Shown piece by piece: positions 42,556 through 52,883 of a DNA stretch of 64,000 bases. Below the pieces are notes generated by a model. That model did not search any database, was not told where the DNA came from, and was given only the letters and a program-made list of their open reading frames with translations. Positions within the stretch are counted from its first letter, which is position 1. Every line of letters starts with the position of its first letter. The stretch spans positions 288,001-352,000 of the forward strand of contig CAVXLD010000005.1 in assembly GCA_963762565.1 (NCBI GenBank), written 5' to 3'. The position numbers were made by a program, and so were the translations under genes. The stretch is from an uncultured Verrucomicrobiae bacterium. GTDB taxonomy: Bacteria > Verrucomicrobiota > Verrucomicrobiia > Chthoniobacterales > JAFAMB01.

Positions 42556-42795
42556 GCCTGGGCTACGGCGGACAGGCTGTCCTCGAATCCGGTCCACACG
42601 GAGTGATGGAGTGTCGGCCCATCGCCGGGAGGGATCGCGTCCTCGCGATCCGTTGTGACCGAAACCGCGGACGTGTTTTGGTCGCGGACGAAAGTACGCC
42701 GCTGGGTGGTGGCAGGTCCTCGCGGCGCGCGGGGACACGCGCCCTCCCCGAAGAGCATCCGCCTTGGCGGATTGGAGATGCAGAAGGAGTCACTC

Positions 42796-43461
42796 ATGTT
42801 TGCAGTCATATTTGAAGTTCAACCCAAAAAAGAACGCTACGATCAGTATCTCGAACTCGCCAAGTTCCTGAAACCTGAGCTTGAGCGGATCGACGGGTTT
42901 ATCGACAACGAGCGCTTTGCCAGCCAGAAAGTCGAAGGTCGAGTATTGTCGCTTTCGACCTGGCGCGATGAAAAATCGGTGATTCGCTGGCGTACGTTAG
43001 CAGTTCATCATGGCGTGCAGGAGAAAGGCCGGAATGAGGTATTCGCGGATTATCACCTGCGGGTCGGAGAGATTACGACTGATACCCACGTTCCAGCCGG
43101 CCAATCTGTCAGAGAACAACGTCTGGATACAACCGAGGTTGGCGAGGCAAAAACGGTCACCATAACCGAAGTTGTTCCGCACGCGGGTAATGAGCTGGTA
43201 GCGGATGAACTCAATCTTCTGTTGGGTCTTCCAACTGGCGATAGTGTATTGGAGACCCATTTTTTCCAAAGCATCTATAACCCCGGTAAATGCTTACTTT
43301 TGGCCTCGTGGAAAGGCAGCACTGTGCCCTGGGCTCCGCCAAGGTCCTCGAAAAATGTAAAAGAAATCCGGCACCGAGCCGTCCGGGTCATTCGTGATTA
43401 CGGCATGTTCGATCGCCGGGAAGCGCCGCAATACTATCCAGAAGTGAGAAGTGAGCAGTGA
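42796..43461 (+). CDS. Antibiotic biosynthesis monooxygenase (ABM) family protein
   Basis: MFAVIFEV, IDGFIDNERF, VIRDYGMFDRREAPQY; RBS aaggag. Confidence 0.9.
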   Translation: MFAVIFEVQPKKERYDQYLELAKFLKPELERIDGFIDNERFASQKVEGRVLSLSTWRDEKSVIRWRTLAVHHGVQEKGRNEVFADYHLRVGEITTDTHVPAGQSVREQRLDTTEVGEAKTVTITEVVPHAGNELVADELNLLLGLPTGDSVLETHFFQSIYNPGKCLLLASWKGSTVPWAPPRSSKNVKEIRHRAVRVIRDYGMFDRREAPQYYPEVRSEQ

Positions 43462-43526
43462 TCGGTGAACGCTCCAAACGCCAAACGCCGAACGCCGAAC
43501 GCCGAACGCCAAACGAAGTAATTAAA

Positions 43527-43841
43527 ATGCCTACTCTTTGTATTCGCTATAAGATAAACCCAAGCAGGCTTTCTCATTTTGAGGAGTACGCCAGAAACTG
43601 GCCGAAGCCGATCGAACGTTGTGGAGGCAAACTGATCGGTTATTTCCTTCCGACCAAGTTCGCGGGACGGACCGATTCGGCGCTAGCGTTGATCGATTTC
43701 CCGAGCTTGGCTGCGTATGAAGAATATCGCCGCCGGCTGATGGAGGATCCGGACGCAAAACGAAATGTGGATCACGCCGAGCGATCCGGATGCATCCTGG
43801 TGGAGGACCGGTCCTTCCTGAAATGGGTTGGGCATGAATGA
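43527..43841 (+). CDS. NIPSNAP-family protein
   Basis: CIRYKI, CGGKLIGYFLP, FPSLAAYEEYR, EDRSFL. Confidence 0.9.
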   Translation: MPTLCIRYKINPSRLSHFEEYARNWPKPIERCGGKLIGYFLPTKFAGRTDSALALIDFPSLAAYEEYRRRLMEDPDAKRNVDHAERSGCILVEDRSFLKWVGHE

Positions 43842-43931
43842 GAGACTCTCCGGAGCCTGCGTCCGCGAAAGACGTTCTGCGAAAAAGAAAACCTTGTCCC
43901 GCGGGATGTGGTGTTGTTTATCTTGTCGGCC

Positions 43932-44054
43932 ATGAAGAAACATCGGTTCTGGCTTCTCGCTCTCTTCCTTGCAACTCTCTCTTTAAGTTCATGTATGAAT
44001 CAGGAAGGGGTTGCCCCGGCCGCAGGGGAATTGAAGACCCCAAGCGGAAATTAA
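43932..44054 (+). CDS. 40-aa lipoprotein (below the ORF-track cutoff)
   Basis: MKKHRFWLLALFLATLSLSSC-MNQEGVAPAAGELKTPSGN*: basic N-region, hydrophobic core, lipobox LSSC. Confidence 0.6.
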   Translation: MKKHRFWLLALFLATLSLSSCMNQEGVAPAAGELKTPSGN

Positions 44055-44298
44055 GGCTGTGAGAGGTGAGAAGTGATTGGTGAGAGGTGATTGGTGGGCG
44101 CTTGCCCGCGGGTCGCGCCGTCCGACATTTCTCGGGCTTCGATAGGTCCCATGCGCTGCCCGTCCTCCGGGCGTTCCTATCACGAGCCGCGCTGTTACAT
44201 CTCACTTCTCATCAATCACGTCTCACCTCTCACCTCCCATTGCATCCCGGCGTCTCTGCGTCAGATTGACTTGGCCATTGTCTACGCGCTGAGACGCC

Positions 44299-45048
44299 AT
44301 GTGTACTGTTTCATTCATCCCTGACGCCCACGGATTTTATCTGGCGATGAATCGGGACGAGCTTTTGACTCGAGTAGCCGGGTTGCCGCCCGGCCTTTAT
44401 GAAAAGGGCGGTTGTCGGGCGATTTATCCCCGGGAGCCTTCGGGCGGAACCTGGATCGCAATCAATGATCGAGGGATCTGTCTAACGATAGTGAATTGGC
44501 ATCGAGTCGACTGTGTCCCTCCAGGGCCGCTCATCAGCCGCGGTGAAGTGGTGAAGGCTTTGGCCTTGGCGGGCTCTTTATCCGACGTCGAAGAAAGACT
44601 TAAGCGTTTACCACTGTCGCAGATGCGGCCTTTCCGCTTATTCGTGATCGCAGGTCACCAACATTCGGTGACGGAATACTGTTGGGATGTGCGGCAGCTG
44701 CAGAATCATCGGCACAGTTGGACTCGCTGCCACTGGTTCTCGTCCGGTTACGACGAACCAATGGCCGAACGTGTCAGGGCCAAGGTATGCAAAGAGGCTT
44801 GGCGACAATCGGAAGCTGGCACTCTTAGTTGGTTACGTGACTTGCACGCCACGCATTCGCCGGAACCCGGACCGTTCTCGATTTGCATGCATCAGGCCGT
44901 CGCTGAGACTGTGAGCTACACCGAGGTCGCTGTAAGCAATGAAGAGATAAGAATGTGCTATAAGCCGGGCGCGCCGTGCTCGACCGGTAGGGTGTACGAA
45001 AGGACCTTATCAGGGAGTTCGGCGCATTCAGTAAGCCGTAAGCGGTAA
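44299..45048 (+). CDS. NRDE/TANGO2-family protein
   Basis: MCT start, NRDE motif, GGTWI, SRG. Confidence 0.9.
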   Translation: MCTVSFIPDAHGFYLAMNRDELLTRVAGLPPGLYEKGGCRAIYPREPSGGTWIAINDRGICLTIVNWHRVDCVPPGPLISRGEVVKALALAGSLSDVEERLKRLPLSQMRPFRLFVIAGHQHSVTEYCWDVRQLQNHRHSWTRCHWFSSGYDEPMAERVRAKVCKEAWRQSEAGTLSWLRDLHATHSPEPGPFSICMHQAVAETVSYTEVAVSNEEIRMCYKPGAPCSTGRVYERTLSGSSAHSVSRKR

Positions 45049-45193
45049 GCAGTTTAGGAGCTAGGAGCTGGAATCCAGGAGCTAGTAATGCCTTTATGGC
45101 GAATTCGGTCACTTGCGATCCGGAATTTGCGATTCGTCGAGAGCCCCTCCTAGATCCTAGATTCTCGCTCCTAGCTCCTCTTCTGCTTACTGC

Positions 45194-45391
45194 TTACTGA
45201 TTACTTCCCGCCACCTCACGAAAGTCCTCGCGCGAGAACCGACTGAGCCTGGATCGAAGAAACCCAAGCAATCCGACGCCAGCAGCAAGCGGCGCGGGAC
45301 CGAGTAATAACCAAAAAACTGGGTGATCGGCCGAGCTAGCAGCCAGCGTCGCGATCAGCAATAGCGTGAGGACAAAACTCGAAGCGGTCAT
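45194..45391 (-). CDS. Small membrane protein
   Basis: RBS agaggg before the ATG; two hydrophobic segments. Confidence 0.5.
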   Translation of the reverse strand: MTASSFVLTLLLIATLAASSADHPVFWLLLGPAPLAAGVGLLGFLRSRLSRFSREDFREVAGSNQ

Positions 45392-45675
45392 GTCCCTCTG
45401 TTGGTGACTCGACCGTTTTATCCTGCTCGAACGGTTCCTGTCGCGCCATAGCGAAGCGGCGGCGGATCGCTGTCCCGAAAAACCGCTTTTTACTTTTGAT
45501 CGTCCGTTCACAATTTAAAGACGAACGAGCATTTCGGTTTTGGACAAAACGAAGCAGAAAAAGGAGTTCAGTAGTGCAGGAGTTCCGGAGTTTAGGAGGC
45601 GCGTTCCTATTCAAAGCTCCTAGGAGTCCAGGAGTCCTTATTCTGAACTCCTGTAACTCCTGAACTCCTACTGAA

Positions 45676-46185
45676 TTAGCTGATTTGCAGAGCCTGCAAT
45701 GTCTGGTCGTCCAATACACCGGTGACCAGTATTTTATCTACCGATTGAAACCAGCGGACTGCTTTCTCGGTCTCTGGACCAACGACGCCGTCGATCGAGC
45801 CATGGTAATAGCCGAGTTTCGCGAGTTCTTTCTGCGCGGCGACAACGGCGCCAGTGTCTGGCGCAGCGTTGTCTACGTAGGCATCAGAACCATCGTAGTA
45901 ACCGTAGCCATCGCCGTAGTAGGAGTCCCCGTAGGGATAACCCCACCCACCGTAATAAGGGTAAAAACCCCCTCCGTACCAATGTCCACCGTACCCATGT
46001 CCCCCGTGCCAGCCGTAGTGTCCCCCAAAGTGACCGGCGCCAACATGTCCCCCACCGAAGTGTCCGCCTCCGAAGCCGCCGCCACCAAAGTGGCCGCCTC
46101 CCCCTCCAAATCCGCGGGCAAATGCGCTGGAGCTGATAGCCAACATACCGGCTAAGATTAAGCCGGCGATCTTAAGTGTCCTCAT
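45676..46185 (-). CDS. Secreted Gly/His/Tyr-rich protein with a peptidoglycan-binding domain
   Basis: Signal peptide, GGHFGG repeats, AQKELAKLGYYHGSIDGVVGPET..AVRWFQ. Confidence 0.9.
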   Translation of the reverse strand: MRTLKIAGLILAGMLAISSSAFARGFGGGGGHFGGGGFGGGHFGGGHVGAGHFGGHYGWHGGHGYGGHWYGGGFYPYYGGWGYPYGDSYYGDGYGYYDGSDAYVDNAAPDTGAVVAAQKELAKLGYYHGSIDGVVGPETEKAVRWFQSVDKILVTGVLDDQTLQALQIS

Positions 46186-46370
46186 AAAGCTCCTTTACTC
46201 ACACAGGGTCGTCCCTATCTGACCGCGCAGGTAATCGGATCTAACGATGCGGTATCAGCTTAGCTGATGGCAAAGCGCACGCTTCGCGAATGACAGATGA
46301 CAGATGACAAATGACAGATTTGCAGCGCTGGGTCGAACTCTGAGACGAGCCGACCGCAATTTGTCATCTG

Positions 46371-47342
46371 TCATTTGTCATCTGTCATTTTTTCGGGGCT
46401 TGCGCTCCGGAAAACGGGGATCAAGTCCTCGCGCATGGAATTCGCGAACCGATAGAACTCGCCCGCGAGTCCTCCGAGGTCACCGCTGGCAATCGCCCAG
46501 GAATAAGTTCTGTCTATGCGCAAGCCGGGAACGTGCAATCGCCGGGCAAAGCCGAGTGCAATCTCTTGCTGGATTTCCCAACTGGAAAGGAAAGCGATAC
46601 CCAGGCCGGAAACCACAAGCGTCTTGATCGCTTCGCTACTTCCAAGTTCGAAGCGGTAATCTAGCTTTCGCAAATCGACTCCTTGTTCTTCTAGATTCCG
46701 TTCTACCACTGCTCGGGACCCGGCGCCGGTTTCACGCCAGATCAAAGGCAAACCTTCGAGGTCCTTGGGGGATTTCACTGCTTCGATCGCACGACGAAGT
46801 TTTGTATCTGGTATCCGGGAGGCACACACCGGAATGATTTGGTCACGAATAAACGGTTCCAACCGCAGCCCCGGGCTTCGGGTGAGTCCTTCAACCAATC
46901 CAAGGCCAAGCCGGTGTTCTCGCAGCTGATCTAAAACTGTATCTGTATTCCCCACCACGAGCTTGAGCGCGGTCGTGGGATGATAGTGATGGAAACGCAC
47001 AAAAATTCTGGGCATGAAATATCTCGCCACCGTTGTGCTGGCGCCGATGGTTACGATCCCGGTGACGTCTCGTTTTTGATCCAACTCCAACACGATCTCT
47101 TCCAGTTCCGCAAAAACCCCTTGGAGACGGTCCCGGAGCCGAGTTCCATCCGGCGTTAATGTCACGCCGCGCGCCGTCCGAATAAATAATGTCCGCTCTA
47201 AGTTCGATTCCAATCTCCGGATCTGACCGGTCACGGCCGGCTGAGAAAGATGAAGGCGCCGCGCCGCTTCCGAAATTTGCCCCGCATCGGCGACCTCTAA
47301 GAAGGTCTGCAGCAGAATTGGATGTACCCGGTTAAGATCCAT
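46371..47342 (-). CDS. LysR-family regulator
   Basis: ISEAARRLHLSQPAVTGQIRRLE, GASTT, RETGAGSR; start at MDLNRV. Confidence 0.93.
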   Translation of the reverse strand: MDLNRVHPILLQTFLEVADAGQISEAARRLHLSQPAVTGQIRRLESNLERTLFIRTARGVTLTPDGTRLRDRLQGVFAELEEIVLELDQKRDVTGIVTIGASTTVARYFMPRIFVRFHHYHPTTALKLVVGNTDTVLDQLREHRLGLGLVEGLTRSPGLRLEPFIRDQIIPVCASRIPDTKLRRAIEAVKSPKDLEGLPLIWRETGAGSRAVVERNLEEQGVDLRKLDYRFELGSSEAIKTLVVSGLGIAFLSSWEIQQEIALGFARRLHVPGLRIDRTYSWAIASGDLGGLAGEFYRFANSMREDLIPVFRSASPEKMTDDK

Positions 47343-47597
47343 CTGTGAAAAGTAAGAGGTGAGAAGTGAGATGTTTATTCTACCAGCGTTTACGAGCATC
47401 GCACCCTTGGCAAAGCGTCGGTTTACCAGAAATATGTGAGCGCTTTTATGGAGAAATTAACCCCAAACCATAGGCGTCAGTTCCTCTCTTGTCTTCCGTT
47501 GCGCCCTTTGCGTCCTCTGCGCGAGGCTATCTCTTTTCCGTTGCGTCCTCTGCGCGACGTTTCCGAGAGATCAAGAGCGAAACCGGTGGCGGGGGGC

Positions 47598-47768
47598 GTA
47601 AGCAGTAAGCAGTAAGCGGTAAGCGGTAAGCTGTAAGCGGTAAGCTGTAAGCGGTGAAACAGTAATCAGTAACAGAGCGGAGCGATAGTCGCCGATAACA
47701 AGATTCCGTGGAATTGTATTTTACTGATTACTGACCCACTGCTTACTGCTTACTGCTTACTGCTTACT
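47598..47768. repeat. Inverted GTAAGCN heptamer arrays
   Basis: About eight gtaagc(a/g/t) units opposite (tgcttac)x4. Confidence 0.9.
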
Positions 47769-47787
47769 TCCGTGCTACCTCTCGAAA

Positions 47788-48354
47788 GTGACTGATCGCC
47801 ACAAACCAAAACCACCCCACCGGAGCGGGCGCGTTTACCTCCGGGACCTCGCGCCTGACGACTGCAAAGAGTTTCTGCTGGTTGTTCATTCCAGCCGTGA
47901 GTTCCATCGGCCTTGGGTTTATCCCCCGGAAACCCGGGCGGCCTTCAACGCCTATTTACGGGGCACCAAATCCGGAGCCTGCGTTCGTCTTTTGATCTGC
48001 CGGCGGAGCGATGATCGCATCGCCGGTTTAGCGAGCCTGAGTCAGATATTTCGCGGCGGCTTTCAGAATGCGTACTTTGGTTTCTGGGCTTCGGCGGAGT
48101 TTGCCGGACAAGGTTATATGACGGAGGGATTGCCCCTGGTTTTGCGGCATGTTTTCAAAACCCTGAAACTGCATCGTCTCGAAGCGAACGTGCAGCCGAC
48201 CAACGAACCATCCAAAGCGTTGATCAAACGTTGCGGTTTCCGTTACGAAGGATTTTCGCCTCGCTACCTCAAGATTGGCGGCCTATGGCGCGATCATGAA
48301 CGCTGGGCCATGCATCGCGACGACTGGCTCTCTAGGGCAGGAGCTAGGAGCTAG
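47788..48354 (+). CDS. RimJ-like GNAT N-acetyltransferase
   Basis: GQGYMTEGL, LHRLEANVQPTN, YLKIGGLWRDHERW. Confidence 0.92.
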   Translation: MTDRHKPKPPHRSGRVYLRDLAPDDCKEFLLVVHSSREFHRPWVYPPETRAAFNAYLRGTKSGACVRLLICRRSDDRIAGLASLSQIFRGGFQNAYFGFWASAEFAGQGYMTEGLPLVLRHVFKTLKLHRLEANVQPTNEPSKALIKRCGFRYEGFSPRYLKIGGLWRDHERWAMHRDDWLSRAGARS

Positions 48355-48556
48355 GAGCTAGGAGAACGCTGTCGGCGTTACCCAATCGTCCCTGCTCACT
48401 TAATCGAGGACGATTCAAGCAGCAACGCGCCTACTAGCTCCTAGATTCTAGCTCCTAGCTCCTCTTCGGCATGCGCCTAACAAGAGACGTCGGTACTCCC
48501 AAGTTAGACGCAACCTGATTGGAACGAGAAGGGGAGTAGGCGGGTCCATTCGTGGT

Positions 48557-48610
48557 AAAAAAACTAGCGGCCAAGAAGACCAGCTTCTGTAAGCCCGGTC
48601 TCTTGGCCGC
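48557..48610 (-). terminator. Probable intrinsic terminator of the small gene at 48654-48854
   Basis: gcggccaaga...tcttggccgc stem followed on the minus strand by a T7 run. Confidence 0.55.
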
Positions 48611-48653
48611 TTCCCCGAACCAACAACCCTAACGACTAAAGATCTTTAGGGGA

Positions 48654-48854
48654 TCAATTGAACCACTCGTATGCCGACCCATCATCTGCGGGATTCGATT
48701 GGTGCGTCGTCTGTTCACTCGTTATCATGTTCACTCGATGATTCTGCTTTACCTGATTGGCGTGATGCGGAAACAGGAAGCCGAACAGGCTTAACGCTAC
48801 AAAGACGCTCGCAAATGATCGGTTAGTTTGCCCTAGAAAGTTTGTCAGTTTCAT
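48654..48854 (-). CDS. Small hypothetical protein
   Basis: RBS aagg, hydrophobic N-terminal segment, ends YEWFN, terminator downstream. Confidence 0.55.
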   Translation of the reverse strand: MKLTNFLGQTNRSFASVFVALSLFGFLFPHHANQVKQNHRVNMITSEQTTHQSNPADDGSAYEWFN

Positions 48855-49448
48855 TTCCTTCTTGCCTCTTTCTGAACGGAACCTAGGCCCACGCAACGCG
48901 CCTGTAATATCGTTTCTGATGATTTGCTATCAGCACGCCTGATACCCGACGTCGCAGTGAGCTTCAGGCGCCCCGACTAAACACTCGAACCGCAGATGAA
49001 CCCACATTTAGATTGGGACGAGAGGCCGCGCTAGAACTGTGGTCAGTCACTCGGCCGAGCCACGGTCAAACAAAGAGAAATGATCCGCAGATTACGCAGA
49101 TTACGCAGATTTCGTTCTGAGCTCTGATACGGCCGGGGAGAGAAACAAATCTTTAGCAGCCGACACGCGTTCCTTTGCCTCGCGTTGCTCAGTCGCCTCG
49201 AAACGTAATCTGCGTAATCTGCGAAATCTGCGGATCGTTCCTGTTTTTGGTGGCGTTGCTCGATCCAACGCGTGTTTCGCTCTATGGCGTTGCCCGTCCG
49301 GATTTTCTCATCTGCGTCAACCTGCGTTCATTTCACCCTGGAGGATTTCGGGGCTGCGGTATGGCTTTAAGTTCGCGTCCCTTCGTATGTATTCGCGGTT
49401 CGAGTTCTTGGCACAGTCGATGCTGAAGATTCGGCAAACGGAGCGCGC

Positions 49449-50015
49449 ATGGTCTTCGATCCTTTTCACCAATATCTTTCTCCGGATTTCAGTTTCCGGA
49501 TAGCACGGGCCGGCCACGAGCTCGACGGCTATTGGGCGCTCCGGAGACAGATTTTTTGCGAAGAACAAGGCATCTTCCAGCGAACAGATCGGGACGAGTT
49601 TGATGAACACGCGATCCCAATCGTATGTGAGACCATAATAGCAGGCATGGAAGATGGGGTTGTCGGCGTAGTGCGAATTGACGAAAGAGAACCGGGTCTT
49701 TGGTATGGGAGCCGGTTAGGGGTTGCTCCGGAGTATCGCATTATTCGTCAGCTTAGCCCGAGTGTTTCCGTTCGAAACAGTCTGCCCGTATATCGCGGTT
49801 CGGGAGGACTGGGAGCCGGACTTATTTACAAAGCAGTTTCAACCGCTCATGCGCTTGGCTGCATCGAGTTTCTGGCCACTGTCCAACACCAGAATGCCAG
49901 GTTCTTTCAACGGTTACACTGGGAACCGCTTGGCTCGCTTGATTTATTCGGGTTGCCTCACGTTAAGATGCGAGCCGATCTGAATTATTATCGGCCGGCC
50001 AAGCATGTGTTTTGA
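49449..50015 (+). CDS. nitE: MSMEG_0567/Sll0786-family N-acetyltransferase (Nit1C)
   Basis: LRRQIFCEEQGIF..TDRD, WYGSRLGV, AVSTAHALGC, QNARFFQRLHW. Confidence 0.9.
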   Translation: MVFDPFHQYLSPDFSFRIARAGHELDGYWALRRQIFCEEQGIFQRTDRDEFDEHAIPIVCETIIAGMEDGVVGVVRIDEREPGLWYGSRLGVAPEYRIIRQLSPSVSVRNSLPVYRGSGGLGAGLIYKAVSTAHALGCIEFLATVQHQNARFFQRLHWEPLGSLDLFGLPHVKMRADLNYYRPAKHVF

Positions 50016-50213
50016 AGCCGGGAGGGATCGCGTTCTCGCCATCCGTCGTCCGTTGGGGTCGCCATCCTTGGGCGCTCCAGGCCGATGCCAGACGAACGGC
50101 TTGCCACGCAATTATCTTTGCTCGCCATCGGCCTCGCAAGCGAGGCAGCGCTCCACGGGTGGCGACCGAGTCGGCCTCGTCCCGCGACCCTGGGAAACCG
50201 ACGCTCCACTAGT

Positions 50214-51155
50214 ATGGATTCTGACTACGCGACTCTTTCCCGTCTGACCACTTTCCTTAGGACGCAGGCGGGAGTTAGTGACAAGCTCGCCATCACCCGC
50301 GCGTATGCTCCGGCCCAAGAGCTCGCCGGCGCGATCAGAGTGGGAGATGATTGCGCTGCGATTCCCGATAACGATGGTTTTTTGCTCTTTGCCGGGGAAG
50401 GAATGTTGGAATCATTCGTAGAAGCTGATCCCTGGTTCGCAGGTTACTCAGCCGTGATGGTAAACCTGAGTGATATCGCGGCTATGGGCGGTCGGCCGTT
50501 AGCAATTGTCGATATTCTTTGGACGCCCCAGTTGGAAAAAGGAGCCACGATCTGGGAAGGAATCACCGCTGCATCGCAAGCTTATGGCGTGCCGGTCGTT
50601 GGCGGACACACTACGGTTACGCAATCAGGAAAAATCTTTCTGGCGGCTGCAATCCTCGGCAGAGCCCAGCATCTTATTACCAGCTTCGATGCGAGGCCGG
50701 GAGACGAACTCATAATAGCCATCGACCTGCGGGGCAAGTATCGGGGGGATAAACCTTTTTGGAACGCCAGCGTCGGTGCACCGGTCGAACGGCTCCGAGG
50801 CGATCTAGCGCTCTTAGCAACTCTGGCAGAGAAGCGTTGGGCCCGAGCCGGCAAGGATATCAGCAACGGTGGTATCATCGGCACACTCGCGATGTTGTTA
50901 CAATGCTCGAAGGTAGGTGCTGAGCTTTGGTTGGATCGGATCCCGCGTCCTGACGGAATCGACTTAGCTCGTTGGCTGATTTCGTTCCCCAGCTTCGGGT
51001 TCCTATTCAGTGTCGACCCAGGTCAGATTGCGAACCTAACGGCTGCGTTTGCTGATCGGCAGATTGCTTGCGGCCGAGTCGGGACAATTACCGGCTCAGG
51101 AACTTTTGTCCTCGTTTACGGAGCGGCGCGGGAGACATTTCCGGTGACGGCGTGA
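50214..51155 (+). CDS. nitF: Sll0787-family AIR-synthase-like protein (Nit1C)
   Basis: VGDDCAAIPD, DPWFAGY..VMVNLSDIAAMGGRP, VVGGHT, KDISNGG. Confidence 0.92.
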   Translation: MDSDYATLSRLTTFLRTQAGVSDKLAITRAYAPAQELAGAIRVGDDCAAIPDNDGFLLFAGEGMLESFVEADPWFAGYSAVMVNLSDIAAMGGRPLAIVDILWTPQLEKGATIWEGITAASQAYGVPVVGGHTTVTQSGKIFLAAAILGRAQHLITSFDARPGDELIIAIDLRGKYRGDKPFWNASVGAPVERLRGDLALLATLAEKRWARAGKDISNGGIIGTLAMLLQCSKVGAELWLDRIPRPDGIDLARWLISFPSFGFLFSVDPGQIANLTAAFADRQIACGRVGTITGSGTFVLVYGAARETFPVTA

Positions 51156-52194
51156 TTCGGGGCGGAAGCGTGGCGCCGCCGTGCCAGGTTCCTTTGATGA
51201 GCACTTCTTTAGGATGGTGACTGGATCCGGTGAGATTAGCGTTCAGCTTTTCTACTACCAGATCTAGGGCGGCTGCCCCAACCGCGGACAGATTGCCGTC
51301 GATCCCCGCCGCTCGGCCCATTTCATCCGAAGTGCGATAAAGATATGCCAGACCGATGTCGTCCGGAACCGTCAGTCGATGCCGTGCCAAAAACCGGCGT
51401 ACTGGCGCTTTGTAGACCAGCAGCGAGTCGGGTTTGTTGGCGGCGAGCCAAAAATCAAATGCGGTCTGATCATTAGCATCTACCGGTATGAATGGTTCGC
51501 AGCGGTCGGGCTTCGGCAACCTGCGTTGCCAATCAAGAAAGGCGCCGGACCAAAGATTGTTCGAGATCTGGTTGTTCAAATCGGGAACGACCAATCCGGG
51601 GCGGCGATAACCTAATTGCCAGATGTGATCGAGAGCGAGTTGAACGTTGTAAAAGCCGTGAAAATTGGCGCGGTCCACCAGGACAGAACCAAAATAAGCG
51701 CTCAAGCCGGCAACGGCGAAGCCGTCAGTCCGAAACGTGACTTGTTCACTATCGTCTCGAGAGAAACCTAAAAGCACACCTCGGATTCCCCGAGCTCGGA
51801 GCGTGGTCTGAAGCCGTTCTTGGCTGCCGCGATACTCGCTTAAAGGAAAAACCTCTACTTTGAAACCTAGAGCGGCGGCGCGTGCTTGAACGCCTTCGAA
51901 CTCCCAACGGCAAACATCTTTGGAACGCCAACTTTCGCGGCCGCCGTAATTAGTGACTAGTGCGATTACATCGACTTCTCCGGCGCCACCACGTCGCCGG
52001 CGACTGGCCATCAGCGCACTAACTAACGGGTTCGGGCGGTACCCAAGCTTTTCCGCTGCTTCTTCCACCCGTTGGCGAGTAGCGGCGCTGATCCGAGGAT
52101 CACTGCGTAAGGCTCGGGAAACGGTAGAAGGCGCAACTCCCAGCGAGTGCGCGATTTCAGCCATACGTGTTGCCTGTATTTGTCTCCCCAGCAT
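51088..52194 (-). CDS. LacI-family regulator
   Basis: MAEIAHSLGVAPSTVSRALR, LGYRPNP, LGYRRPGL. Confidence 0.93.
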   Translation of the reverse strand: MLGRQIQATRMAEIAHSLGVAPSTVSRALRSDPRISAATRQRVEEAAEKLGYRPNPLVSALMASRRRRGGAGEVDVIALVTNYGGRESWRSKDVCRWEFEGVQARAAALGFKVEVFPLSEYRGSQERLQTTLRARGIRGVLLGFSRDDSEQVTFRTDGFAVAGLSAYFGSVLVDRANFHGFYNVQLALDHIWQLGYRRPGLVVPDLNNQISNNLWSGAFLDWQRRLPKPDRCEPFIPVDANDQTAFDFWLAANKPDSLLVYKAPVRRFLARHRLTVPDDIGLAYLYRTSDEMGRAAGIDGNLSAVGAAALDLVVEKLNANLTGSSHHPKEVLIKGTWHGGATLPPRITPSPEMSPAPLRKRGQKFLSR

Positions 52195-52231
52195 AATTTA
52201 TGGCAGAGCTCTACCGGTTAGCGTTCAAGTT

Positions 52232-52281
52232 GTGCAACGATTTGCGCGCGATCTGCTCCCCAATCGCGCAACAATATGCGC
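52232..52281. promoter_or_regulatory. Two copies of a 16-bp palindromic operator candidate
   Basis: gtgcaacgatttgcgc (52232-52247) and gcgcaacaatatgcgc (52266-52281), 13/16 identical, between divergent lacI-like and nitB genes. Confidence 0.55.
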
Positions 52282-52397
52282 AACAAATCCGCTCCGGCAA
52301 ACCCAGTCCGGTTCGTCAGTTGCTCTCCTCTAGCATCAATCCGCGCAGCGCCCTCCCGCTCGCTACCATCCAGTCAACAGCAGATAAACCAATTTAT

Positions 52398-52880
52398 ATG
52401 CCAGCCGTCGCTAAAGACATGAATAAGAAGGGAGACTTCCTGGTTGATTATGAGGAGAAAGTCTTCCCTGATGTTAAGGCCGATCCGGGCGAAAAAGCGC
52501 TCGTTACTTTCCATACCATTGCCTTTGAAGGTTCGATCTCCATTGTTAACACGTTGGTTGCGACTCGCCTTCTCCGTAAGGGCTACGAGACCTCGATCCT
52601 GTTATATGGTCCGGGAGTCACCATGGGTTTCCAGCGAGGGTTCCCTACTCTCGGAGACGAAGCATTTCCTGGCCATCTCTTCGTAAATCAACGCATGGAA
52701 AAATTCATGGCGGAGGGAGGCAAAGTGTACGGCTGCCGGTTTTCCACCCAAGCATTGTACGGGCAAACGGAGAAAGCGTTCATCCCGGGTATTCGCCCGA
52801 TCAACCCATTGGATGTGCTCGATATCATCCTGATACACAAGAAAGCCGGAGCGGTGATCATTGATTCCTGGACGGTTTGA
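52398..52880 (+). CDS. nitB: MSMEG_0572/Sll0783-family DsrE-like protein (Nit1C)
   Basis: [41 protein letters not shown]. Confidence 0.95.
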   Translation: MPAVAKDMNKKGDFLVDYEEKVFPDVKADPGEKALVTFHTIAFEGSISIVNTLVATRLLRKGYETSILLYGPGVTMGFQRGFPTLGDEAFPGHLFVNQRMEKFMAEGGKVYGCRFSTQALYGQTEKAFIPGIRPINPLDVLDIILIHKKAGAVIIDSWTV

Positions 52881-52883
52881 CCG

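Noticed and set aside
43838..44062. 74-aa ORF downstream of NIPSNAP
   Set aside because: No recognisable features; the overlapping 40-aa lipoprotein frame is more convincing
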